This document shows positions 43,068 to 51,812 of a stretch of DNA of 59,264 nucleotides, piece after piece. The notes beneath the pieces were generated by a model, which was not told the origin of the DNA, did no database searches, and saw only the letters and a program-made list of their open reading frames with translations. Numbering within the stretch: the stretch's first letter is position 1; every line of letters starts with the position of its first letter. The DNA comes from a virus (lineage: Duplodnaviria; Caudoviricetes): the IMG/VR virus record IMGVR_UViG_3300009481_000013, positions 1-59,264 of that record; one strand, written 5' to 3'. The position numbers and the translations under genes are program-made.

Positions 43068-43154
43068 GCTCAGGTGGTGGAACTGGCAGACACGCCGCAT
43101 TTAGGCTGCGGTGTCCGAAAGGACGTGAGGGTTCGAATCCCTTCTTGAGTACCA
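43068..43154 (+). tRNA. tRNA-Leu(UAG)
   Basis: long variable arm, ACCA. Confidence 0.92.
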
Positions 43155-43157
43155 GCG

Positions 43158-43292
43158 CCGGAAGATGTAGGGTATTGAATCCCTACTGCAACTAAAGAGG
43201 GAAATGCTGACACATTTGCTTCTGCGAGGGAAAAAGGATATGTCAGTATCTTACAAAACCATCGTTCTTGTATAGCTCAACCAGAGCACCGG
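43158..43292 (+). ncRNA. circularly permuted tRNA-like RNA with inserted hairpin
   Basis: CCGG-AAGAT-T arm-TGCAA…TTGTA-TA-D arm-A-CCGG. Confidence 0.7.
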
Positions 43293-43299
43293 ATATTTT

Positions 43300-43376
43300 G
43301 GAGTATTCGTCTAGCGGAATAGGACGCCTGATTCTCAATCAGGAAAACGACGGTTCGAATCCGTCATACTTCACCA
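43300..43376 (+). tRNA. tRNA-Glu(CUC)
   Basis: cloverleaf, ACCA. Confidence 0.9.
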
Positions 43377-43379
43377 CCC

Positions 43380-43502
43380 CCGGTACGTGGGTTCGAATCC
43401 CACTGCACGTGTTTTTAATAGCTGTCACTATTAAAGAATACAAGAAGATTGTTGGCAGGCAATGCTTGACTGCAAGTGTATCGTCTATTGGAAGGACGCC
43501 GG
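43380..43502 (+). ncRNA. circularly permuted tRNA-like RNA with inserted hairpins
   Basis: CCGG-TAC-GTGGGTTCGAATCCCAC-TGCAC…GTGTA-TC-D arm-G-CCGG. Confidence 0.75.
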
Positions 43503-43525
43503 ATTTTTTATAAACTACTTACTGT

Positions 43526-43903
43526 GTGAGTAAAACAATAGCGCAGTTACTTAGCGAGCATCCTCAGTTCAATTTTGAACCAGGGATGCTTGTTTTGTTT
43601 CACAAGTCTCGAAAAGAAGAAGTAAAGTTGCGCCTCACAAGCCCTGAGACAGCCGTTCTATGGCAGACGGCAGACGCACTTATGGAACCAATCTTAAACG
43701 ACTACGGGACGTCTGCGGCGCTCATAGAGGTTCTAACTAACGCCACCGGCAAAGGAAGGTTTGAGATTCACCGCACGTCAGCCATTACAAACAAAAGATG
43801 GGTTGTTAAAGTGTTCAAAGGCGGTACATATGAAAATGGCGAGTCACTAGGGGAAACGCTAGCACTCGCCATTTTAGATTTATGGGACAGAAAGGTCAGA
43901 TAA
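43526..43903 (+). CDS. hypothetical protein
   Basis: GTG start 4 nt after CTACTTA. Confidence 0.6.
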   Translation: MSKTIAQLLSEHPQFNFEPGMLVLFHKSRKEEVKLRLTSPETAVLWQTADALMEPILNDYGTSAALIEVLTNATGKGRFEIHRTSAITNKRWVVKVFKGGTYENGESLGETLALAILDLWDRKVR

Positions 43904-44567
43904 TATCTTTTACGAATTCCTGAATATCTTCTAGAGTTACCATCAAACCTACATTTTCTAAAGTTATAAAAGCCATAGAAGCGATTCCGATGATTTCCCA
44001 TCTTTCATTATAGACTGGAGAGCCTGAACTTCCTGGTCTAGTTGGAATAGTGTGCATATCCAAGTCATAACCAAGCTTTTCGCGATTAACTCTTCCGGCA
44101 TAATAGCCTTCAAATTGGAGGATCATATTTTTATCGTGAATCCCCCAAGGTGCTGCTAGATTATATGTTTTTTCTCCTGGTTTTGGCATTTGATGTGCAA
44201 TAGGACTTATTGGTCGTTCTACCCTATCCATAGTAATTAAAAGGCACAAATCTGACTTTTTAGATACTTTTAAAATCAGAGTTCTATGTTTGTTAAGTTC
44301 TATGTCTAAAGCATATAATAAACCATCTTGAGGTTCGCAAATATGACCAGCAGTAAGGATAAAAGTGTTGTTTTCAATATGTTGAATAATAACACCAGAA
44401 CCTGAGCCTAGTTTTTGTCCGTTTTGTTCGGAAATAACCTTGACAAAAGATTCTCTTGGTGGTATATTAGTTGTTGGGATAAGATTTTTTAATGAGACGC
44501 AGGCGATTGGATTTATTAAAATGGCAAATCCCAATACAAGAGCGAATGTTCGTAGTAATGTTTTCAT
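43896..44567 (-). CDS. trypsin-like serine protease (lipoprotein)
   Basis: TAGH, DL, PGSSGSP triad motifs; signal peptide ending IAC. Confidence 0.88.
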   Translation of the reverse strand: MKTLLRTFALVLGFAILINPIACVSLKNLIPTTNIPPRESFVKVISEQNGQKLGSGSGVIIQHIENNTFILTAGHICEPQDGLLYALDIELNKHRTLILKVSKKSDLCLLITMDRVERPISPIAHQMPKPGEKTYNLAAPWGIHDKNMILQFEGYYAGRVNREKLGYDLDMHTIPTRPGSSGSPVYNERWEIIGIASMAFITLENVGLMVTLEDIQEFVKDII

Positions 44568-44626
44568 ATTAGTAACTATGAAGAACTACTTAAAAGAGAT
44601 TAAGTTCTTAATAAAAAGGTGGGTAA

Positions 44627-45955
44627 ATGGCTAAAAATACATATGTTCTCGATACAAGCGTGTATCTAACTAACTTTCACGCACTCTACGAGTACAAGAA
44701 TCACGATATCGTGGTGCCCCTAAAAGTTTTAGAAGAAATTGACAAACACAAGAATAGGCAAGATTCTGTGGGACATCAGGCTCGAAACACAATTCGAGAG
44801 CTTGATCGTCTTAGGGAAAAAGGCAGCCTCTCGAAGGGCGTTCGTCTCGGCAAGGGTAAGGGCATTTTGCGAGTGGAAGGATCATCAACTTCTTTCCTTC
44901 CAGAAGATCTGTCCCCAAAAGTTCCAGACAATATGATTATTTCTACCGCATTGGCAGAGCGCCATGACGCTGCGCACAACGCTCCAAGTCGTAAGGTGAT
45001 TTTGGTTACTCGCGATATTAATATGCGAGTGATTTGTGATTCAATTGGTCTTAAGTGCGAATCATATGATCCAGAAAAGGCAGTTCAAGACAGAAATGAG
45101 CTTTATTCTGGATATGCAGAAGTGGAAGTAGACGAAGAGTTTTTAGATCGTTTTTATGCTGGTGAAGTAAACAATCTCCCTCCAGAGATTATTGATGGTG
45201 GTTTCAAATACCAACCCAATGAATTCATAATGCTAAGAGCTGCTGGAAACGAAAAGAAGACTGCTCTTACGCGCATCTTTAAAAGTGGTAAACTTGAAAA
45301 AGTTAAAGAGTCTAAAAGAAAGATTTGTAACGTAAAGACACGCAACCGCGAACAATCTTTTGCTATGGACTTGCTGTTAGATCCTGATGTCAAGGTTGTT
45401 ACTCTTGTGGGTAAAGCAGGTTCAGGCAAGACTTTATGTGCCATTGCAGCTGGACTCCATCAAACAATCGACGAAGACAAATATCGACGTTTAATTGTTT
45501 CGAGACCCATTCAACCAATGGGAAAAGATATTGGATTCCTTCCAGGTGATATTAACGATAAGATGCTTCCTTGGTTGGCTCCCATTCAAGACAATTTGCA
45601 GACCCTTCTTGGTGACAGGGCTCAGCTTGAAGAGCATATGTTTCAGGGCACGATTGAAATCGAAGCTTTGACTTATATTCGTGGTCGTTCTATTTCTGAT
45701 GCTTACATTATTATCGATGAGTCACAGAACTTGACGATGCACGAGTTGAAGACTATTATCACTCGCGTTGGAGAGAATACTAAGATTGTTCTTACTGGCG
45801 ACATCGAACAGATTGATAATGCTTTTATTAACGATGTGACGAATGGTTTGACTCACGCAGTAGAGAAGTTTAAACATTCTGAGCTTGCTGGTCACGTAAC
45901 TTTGGTCAAGGGCGAAAGGAGCGCGGTCGCGACTCTCGCAGCCAAGGTACTATAG
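44627..45955 (+). CDS. phoH: PIN-domain PhoH family ATPase
   Basis: YVLDT PIN motif; GKAGSGKT, GFLPG, RGRS, IDESQN, GDIEQID. Confidence 0.93.
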   Translation: MAKNTYVLDTSVYLTNFHALYEYKNHDIVVPLKVLEEIDKHKNRQDSVGHQARNTIRELDRLREKGSLSKGVRLGKGKGILRVEGSSTSFLPEDLSPKVPDNMIISTALAERHDAAHNAPSRKVILVTRDINMRVICDSIGLKCESYDPEKAVQDRNELYSGYAEVEVDEEFLDRFYAGEVNNLPPEIIDGGFKYQPNEFIMLRAAGNEKKTALTRIFKSGKLEKVKESKRKICNVKTRNREQSFAMDLLLDPDVKVVTLVGKAGSGKTLCAIAAGLHQTIDEDKYRRLIVSRPIQPMGKDIGFLPGDINDKMLPWLAPIQDNLQTLLGDRAQLEEHMFQGTIEIEALTYIRGRSISDAYIIIDESQNLTMHELKTIITRVGENTKIVLTGDIEQIDNAFINDVTNGLTHAVEKFKHSELAGHVTLVKGERSAVATLAAKVL

Positions 45956-45974
45956 AAAGGGGAATAACAATAAG

Positions 45975-46009
45975 TTCACTACTAGTTAGTAACACTAGGA
46001 GGTAGTGAA
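45975..46009 (+). promoter_or_regulatory. RBS-sequestering hairpin containing CTAGTTA
   Basis: TTCACTAC/GTAGTGAA stem around GGAGGT. Confidence 0.65.
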
Positions 46010-46579
46010 ATGTTTGTTAGAATTGAAAAACCAGGAAGTTGGGATGAAAAAACAGTTATTGTTCAATGTGAGGAGTGTAATAGAGAAAGAGAAATCAAAT
46101 GGACTACTGCTCGTATGAAAAAAGAGCATCTGTGTAGATCGTGTTCAATTAGTATTGCGAATACTGGAGCAAAGCGCTCTGAAGAAGCTAAAAAAAGAAT
46201 GAGTATTGCTCAAAGAAAATGTGGCAATGGTGGGATAAGAATGAACCAGAGCGGCGGCTATAAACAAGTTATTGTAGATGGCTATCATCCAAGAAAAAAA
46301 GATAGAAAAGGCGGCAACTATATTATGGAACACATTCTCATTGTAGAGAAAAGATTAGGTCGCTTCTTGGAATCGCGCGAAATTGTTCACCACATTGACG
46401 GTAACAAACAAAATAATGATGATTCTAATCTTTTTTTGTGTTCTGGAGAAACAAAAAAAGAATCTAGACAAATCCACAATGCTTGCCATACATCAGCTGA
46501 AAAATTAGCATTTGACATGCTCAAGAGAGGTATGGTAGAGTTTGTGGACGGTCATTATCAACTTAAGGAAAAACAATGA
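46010..46579 (+). CDS. HNH homing endonuclease (NUMOD3-like motif)
   Basis: RSEEAKKRMS; EHILIVE…LGR…VHHIDGNKQNNDDSNL. Confidence 0.88.
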   Translation: MFVRIEKPGSWDEKTVIVQCEECNREREIKWTTARMKKEHLCRSCSISIANTGAKRSEEAKKRMSIAQRKCGNGGIRMNQSGGYKQVIVDGYHPRKKDRKGGNYIMEHILIVEKRLGRFLESREIVHHIDGNKQNNDDSNLFLCSGETKKESRQIHNACHTSAEKLAFDMLKRGMVEFVDGHYQLKEKQ

Positions 46580-46992
46580 ACAATAAATACAACGTAGATG
46601 AACTTTATGAAAAGATGGGATTGATCCCCTATGATGAATTTTCAACTAAACAAAGAGCAATCAACTTGGCTCACCCTGAATCATATAGGGGAGAGTGTGA
46701 TGGTTTTAGGCAAACAGGTAGGACCACTAGACAACTTTGCAAAGCAATAGCTAACGTTTTGTCTGGAACGGATGTAGTGTATTACGTTAGTAATCAAATT
46801 TCCGCAAACCATCACAAAAAGAAAGCAGAAGAAATTTTAAATAAGATTGAAATTCATAATTTTACTTCCCCAAACAATGACATTTGTTGTTTCTCTAAAG
46901 ATGGTACGTCATCCCTGATGGGAACAAAACTTTCTTTCGTGATTGAAAAATCTACAAAGAAGGTTTATTTTGATGCAGCTTTTAACGATTGA
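46576..46992 (+). CDS. hypothetical protein with P-loop-like motif
   Basis: RQTGRTT. Confidence 0.55.
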   Translation: MNNKYNVDELYEKMGLIPYDEFSTKQRAINLAHPESYRGECDGFRQTGRTTRQLCKAIANVLSGTDVVYYVSNQISANHHKKKAEEILNKIEIHNFTSPNNDICCFSKDGTSSLMGTKLSFVIEKSTKKVYFDAAFND

Positions 46993-47028
46993 TTTTTTAA
47001 ACACAGCAAACGCTGTAAGGAAAGGAAA

Positions 47029-47373
47029 ATGACAGAAGAAAATATTAAAACGCTAACTGAATTGGAGGCAGAAGCTCAAGCAGAGTTGCAACAACCTGTA
47101 GAGCCTATCAACCCTTTGAAAGCTTTTTTTATAGAATATGTAGGCAATAAATACAAGCCTGAAGATGGTGCAGTGACGGTTGAGATGTGCGTTCAAGCTT
47201 TAGGTGAAGATTTCCCAGAGTTTTTGGTGCCTGTGTGTGAGCAAAACTTCTTTCTTGGTTATAATCAATGTGAGGCAGATATTCGAACAGCACTTACCGC
47301 TCGTGACGCAGCTAAGGAAACTGAAGCAAGTGTTGATTTAGATGAAACAGAGGATGTAGTCATTAATGAATGA
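47029..47373 (+). CDS. hypothetical protein
   Basis: AAGGA RBS. Confidence 0.65.
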   Translation: MTEENIKTLTELEAEAQAELQQPVEPINPLKAFFIEYVGNKYKPEDGAVTVEMCVQALGEDFPEFLVPVCEQNFFLGYNQCEADIRTALTARDAAKETEASVDLDETEDVVINE

Positions 47374-48040
47374 TTACGGAGTAAAAACCTATATCAAGCA
47401 GACAGCAGGAGGACTACAACAAGAACTTTTGTTTAACCGCATTATTGTTTATCAGCAAAATCCACTCCCAGATGGAATCGAAATAAAGAATCTCATTCAG
47501 AGCATCGAGGAAAAGGTTCCTCAATTTTTATGCAACGATATCGATTCTATTTTCGTCGGTCAGTTTTCTTTTTTGAAAGAAAAAGATCTAGAAGCTGTTT
47601 ACGAAAACGGCGCCATCTACATCAGTAATGAGCAAGATAACGAGCAAGATTTTTTGTCAGATATTGTTCACGAAATAGCACATTCTGTTGAAGAGATATA
47701 TCCGCTTGACATATATGGAGACAAAACAATAGAAAATGAATTTCTCATAAAGCGTAAAAGTATGGCAGAGATTTTGAATGCTCACGGCTTTAAAGAGTAT
47801 GATATGGCATCTTATGCTGAAACAGAATACTCAGTTGAGTTTGATACTTATTTGTATCAGCACGTCGGATATGAACTTCTTCACACGCTTTTGCAGGGAT
47901 TGTTTGTTTCGCCATATGGCGCTACCTCATTGAGAGAATATTTTGCAAATGCATTTGAAGAATTTTATGCTGGAGATACGTATTACGTTAAATCTATTTC
48001 TCCAGCTATCTATAGAAAGATAATCGACATTCAAGGTTGA
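47366..48040 (+). CDS. zincin-like metallopeptidase
   Basis: HEIAH…Y…REYFANAFE. Confidence 0.7.
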   Translation: MNDYGVKTYIKQTAGGLQQELLFNRIIVYQQNPLPDGIEIKNLIQSIEEKVPQFLCNDIDSIFVGQFSFLKEKDLEAVYENGAIYISNEQDNEQDFLSDIVHEIAHSVEEIYPLDIYGDKTIENEFLIKRKSMAEILNAHGFKEYDMASYAETEYSVEFDTYLYQHVGYELLHTLLQGLFVSPYGATSLREYFANAFEEFYAGDTYYVKSISPAIYRKIIDIQG

Positions 48041-48060
48041 TAAACAAGAGGAAAAAAACA

Positions 48061-48381
48061 ATGGAAAAAAACATCAAAGTAAGCAAAGACAAGGTAGTAG
48101 TTTCGCTTAAGCTAGCACCTTGGAAGCCTGGTCACAAAAAGGTTAGATATTACGAAGAAAATGCTCGTGAATGGGTAAAAGAAGAGCATCCAAAAGTTGT
48201 GATTGGTAAAACCCTTAAACCTTGCGTTGTACGCAACCAGGGAAGTATTACAGAGGGTGAATGGATTTTTGAAGTAGTCCAAGAAGTAAAAGAAGTAAAA
48301 GAAGTAAAGAAAGTGACCAAGAAAAAGGTTGCCCCAAAGAAAGAGGTGGTTAGTGTTAAAGATTCTAACCGAACAAGTTGA
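48061..48381 (+). CDS. hypothetical protein
   Basis: GAGGA RBS. Confidence 0.55.
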   Translation: MEKNIKVSKDKVVVSLKLAPWKPGHKKVRYYEENAREWVKEEHPKVVIGKTLKPCVVRNQGSITEGEWIFEVVQEVKEVKEVKKVTKKKVAPKKEVVSVKDSNRTS

Positions 48382-49204
48382 AGAAAAAAAGGGTAGATAT
48401 CTTTCTTGGTCAGCTGCCAAGAACTGGGATGAATGCCCTTATTATTATAAGTTAACAAAAATAGATGATATTGGTGGCTTTGAGGGGAATGTTCATACCG
48501 CTTTTGGTCACGGAGTTCACTGGACCATCGAAAAGGAGCTAACCCCTACACGGACTGGCTCTATTGATCTTGCTGAAACGTTTACAGAGAACTTCAACAA
48601 AGCTCTTGGCGAACTTCCAGAAGAGCAAAAGAAACTTCTTTCAGAAGAACCCAAAACAATGAAACTTCACGATGAAATGAAACTTCAGGGTCGTGAACTT
48701 GTTCCTTTTCTTAAGCCTGCGCTTGATGAGTATTTTGGCGAATGGGAACTTGTTGGTATTGAAGAGAAATTTTACGAAAAATGTAACTTCTATGATTTGG
48801 GAGATTTCTTTTTTAAAGGATTTATTGATATTGTCGTCAAAACAAAAGATGGGAAGTTTCATATTGTTGATTGGAAAACTTGTAGCTGGGGTTGGGATGT
48901 GCGAAAGAAGTCAGATCCTATGGTTACCTATCAGCTAACTGTTTACAAACATTTCTTCTGTCAAAAATATGGTATTAAACCATCAAAAGTTGAAACTCAT
49001 TTTGCCCTTTGTAAAAGAACTAACAAGACCAACAAAAGAGTCGAGTTTTTTAAAGTTACGAGCGGACCAAAAAAAACTGCCAATGCTCTTAACTTCTTGA
49101 AACGAGTCGTATACAATGTCGATCATAACAATCACTTAAAAAATCGCAGTAGTTGTTATAAAAAAAAGAAATGTGAGTTTCGCCATACGAAACATTGCTT
49201 ATAG
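48329..49204 (+). CDS. PD-(D/E)XK nuclease (Cas4/AddB-like)
   Basis: LSWS…CP…GHGVH…GFID…DWKT…QLTVY…C…CEF…C. Confidence 0.88.
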   Translation: MPQRKRWLVLKILTEQVEEKKGRYLSWSAAKNWDECPYYYKLTKIDDIGGFEGNVHTAFGHGVHWTIEKELTPTRTGSIDLAETFTENFNKALGELPEEQKKLLSEEPKTMKLHDEMKLQGRELVPFLKPALDEYFGEWELVGIEEKFYEKCNFYDLGDFFFKGFIDIVVKTKDGKFHIVDWKTCSWGWDVRKKSDPMVTYQLTVYKHFFCQKYGIKPSKVETHFALCKRTNKTNKRVEFFKVTSGPKKTANALNFLKRVVYNVDHNNHLKNRSSCYKKKKCEFRHTKHCL

Positions 49205-49212
49205 GATTATAA

Positions 49213-50562
49213 ATGACTGACAAAACCCTTACCTTTTCTGACAAAGTAGAAGAGCTTGCAACTGTAACAAAAATTCCCACCAAGAAAATAAAAATCTTAA
49301 CTATCGGAGACCACCCAATGTCTCCTTCTGGTGTTGGTACACAGACTCGCTATATGATTGAGCACTTACTTTCTACAGGAAAATATCAGTTCATTTCTAT
49401 GGGTGGAGCAATAAAACATCACGATTATCGCCCTCAAAAGACGGAAGAATGGGAAGAAGATTGGATTATGCTTCCTATTGATGGATATGGCAACCAAGAT
49501 TTGGTTCGCTCCCTTATTCTGGCGCACAAGCCAGATGTTCTTTGGTTTATGACTGACCCAAGATTTTATGGTTGGTTGTGGAATATGGAAGAAGAAATTC
49601 GCCCATTTGTCCCTATGGTTTATTATCACGTTTGGGACAACTATCCGTTCCCTAAGTTTAATAAGCCGTTTTACGATTCAAATGATGCTATTGTAACGAT
49701 TTCTAAGTTGACTGACAACTGTGTAAGAAATGTTTCACCTGAGGTAAAGTGTATTCATTTGCCTCACTCAGTAGATACTGATGTTTTTAAGAAGCTGCCA
49801 GATGATGACATTGAAACTTTCAGAAAAGGCGCTTTCCCTAAAGAGGAAAAGGATTCAAAATTTACTTTTTTGTGGAATAGTCGCAACGCCCGTCGAAAAC
49901 AATCGGGTTCATTAATTTTTTGGTTCAATGAGTTTCTTGATAGGGTGGGTCGTGATAAAGCACGATTGATTATGCATACCGATCCTAAAGATCCTAATGG
50001 ACAAGATTTGGAAGCAATCATTCACGAACTTGGTTTAACCAATAGCGAAGTAATGTTTTCCCGTGCCAAGCTTCATTCACTTGACTTAGCAAACTTGTAC
50101 AATATGGCAGATTGCACTCTTAGCGTTTCAGATGCTGAAGGGTTTGGTCTTTCAACAATGGAATCCATCGCTTGTGAGACACCTATTATCGTTACTATGA
50201 CTGGCGGTCTACAAGAACAAGTAACCGATGGCGAGAACTGGTTTGGTATTGGTCTAGAACCATCTTCAAAATCTATTATTGGTTCACAAGATGTTCCCTA
50301 TATCTACGAAGATCGCCTTGCAAAAGAAGATGTCATTGCAGCATTAGTGAAAATGTATGAAATGAGTCCAGAAGACCGCGCCGCACTTGGTAAGGCTGGT
50401 CGCGAACACGTTCTTAAAAACTATAACTTCAAAGATATGATTAATGGTTGGGACGATATTTTTACCGATATTCATAAAGAATGTGGCTCTTGGGATAATC
50501 GCAAGGGATATGATAGATGGACTTTCGAAGAAATGGGTAAAGCCAAGAAGGAGGCAGCGTGA
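49213..50562 (+). CDS. glycosyltransferase (GT-B, family 4-like)
   Basis: RNARRKQ, EGFGLSTMESIAC. Confidence 0.88.
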   Translation: MTDKTLTFSDKVEELATVTKIPTKKIKILTIGDHPMSPSGVGTQTRYMIEHLLSTGKYQFISMGGAIKHHDYRPQKTEEWEEDWIMLPIDGYGNQDLVRSLILAHKPDVLWFMTDPRFYGWLWNMEEEIRPFVPMVYYHVWDNYPFPKFNKPFYDSNDAIVTISKLTDNCVRNVSPEVKCIHLPHSVDTDVFKKLPDDDIETFRKGAFPKEEKDSKFTFLWNSRNARRKQSGSLIFWFNEFLDRVGRDKARLIMHTDPKDPNGQDLEAIIHELGLTNSEVMFSRAKLHSLDLANLYNMADCTLSVSDAEGFGLSTMESIACETPIIVTMTGGLQEQVTDGENWFGIGLEPSSKSIIGSQDVPYIYEDRLAKEDVIAALVKMYEMSPEDRAALGKAGREHVLKNYNFKDMINGWDDIFTDIHKECGSWDNRKGYDRWTFEEMGKAKKEAA

Positions 50563-51812
50563 AAAGGATTGTAATCAAGGGACCAGCTCTTAGTGCGTCA
50601 GGATATGGGGAACAATGCAGGTTTGCCCTCAAATCTCTCATGGCTCACGAAGAAAGGTTTGAAATATATCTTGAAAATATTAGCTGGGGTAAAACTGGCT
50701 GGATTCCAATGGATAGTGAAGAAAGAAACATTATTGATCACCTTATCGGCAAGACAATGATTTATGTTCAACAAGGCGGAACGTTTGATATTTCCTTGCA
50801 AGTAACAATTCCAAATGAGTGGGATCCTAATCTTGCTCCCTATAATGTTGGTTATACAGCTGGTATTGAAACAACTCGTATTTCTCCTCAATGGATTGAA
50901 GCGAGCAATAAAATGGATAAAATCATTGTTGTATCTAACCACGCTAAAGCTGGCTTCGACCACACTGTCTATAAGGCGCGCAATGAGCAGACAGGAGAAG
51001 AGAAAGAGTTCAGAACGACAACTCCAATAGAAGTTGTTAACTATGCGTTGCGCAAGAGTAAGCCAGCAAAGCTAGATTTAGAGCTTGAGAATGATTTCAA
51101 CTTTTTGACAGTTTGTCAATGGGGACCTCGTAAGAATCTTGAAGCTACTATCGTTAGCTTTATGGAAGAGTTTCACGATGAAGATGTGGGTTTGGTTGTA
51201 AAGACCAATATTGCTAGAAACAATGAAATGGATCGACAACATTGCCGCTTGCGCTTCGACGATTTTCTAGCGAACTTCCCTGACAGAAAGTGCAAATTGT
51301 ACCTTGTACACGGCAATCTTTCTTCTGAAGAGATGGCAGGACTTTACACACATCCAAAAATTAAAGGTATTGTTTCAACTACACACGGCGAGGGATTTGG
51401 TTTGCCACTTTTCGAAGCTGTATGTCACGGTTTGCCAGTGATTGCTCCTAACTGGAGTGGGCAAGTGGACTTCCTTTATGCACCTGTAAAAGATAAGAAG
51501 ACTAAAAAGATTAAGCAACGTCCTCATTTCCTTAAAGTTGATTTTGAATTGAAACAAGTTCAACAACAAGCAGTATGGGATGGAGTGGTTCAAGCGGATT
51601 CTAAATGGTGTTTTGTTAAGAAGAGTAGTGTTAAACAAAATATGAGGAATCTATTCAAAGAGCTTCAAAAGCGTCAATCACTCGCAAAGAAACTTCAGAA
51701 ATATGTAATTAAAAAGTTCGAGGAAGAGGCTATTTTTGAACAGTTTGCTACTGCTGTACACGAGTCTGAAGATGCCTGGGAGAATGACCTAGATGAAATT
51801 GCAGAAGTCTAG
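50559..51812 (+). CDS. glycosyltransferase (GT-B, family 4-like)
   Basis: SGYGEQCR, RKN, GEGFGLPLFEA. Confidence 0.88.
   Translation: MKRIVIKGPALSASGYGEQCRFALKSLMAHEERFEIYLENISWGKTGWIPMDSEERNIIDHLIGKTMIYVQQGGTFDISLQVTIPNEWDPNLAPYNVGYTAGIETTRISPQWIEASNKMDKIIVVSNHAKAGFDHTVYKARNEQTGEEKEFRTTTPIEVVNYALRKSKPAKLDLELENDFNFLTVCQWGPRKNLEATIVSFMEEFHDEDVGLVVKTNIARNNEMDRQHCRLRFDDFLANFPDRKCKLYLVHGNLSSEEMAGLYTHPKIKGIVSTTHGEGFGLPLFEAVCHGLPVIAPNWSGQVDFLYAPVKDKKTKKIKQRPHFLKVDFELKQVQQQAVWDGVVQADSKWCFVKKSSVKQNMRNLFKELQKRQSLAKKLQKYVIKKFEEEAIFEQFATAVHESEDAWENDLDEIAEV

Noticed and set aside
48329-49204. CRISPR-associated Cas4
   Set aside because: No array or other cas genes; solo PD-(D/E)XK nucleases are common in phages
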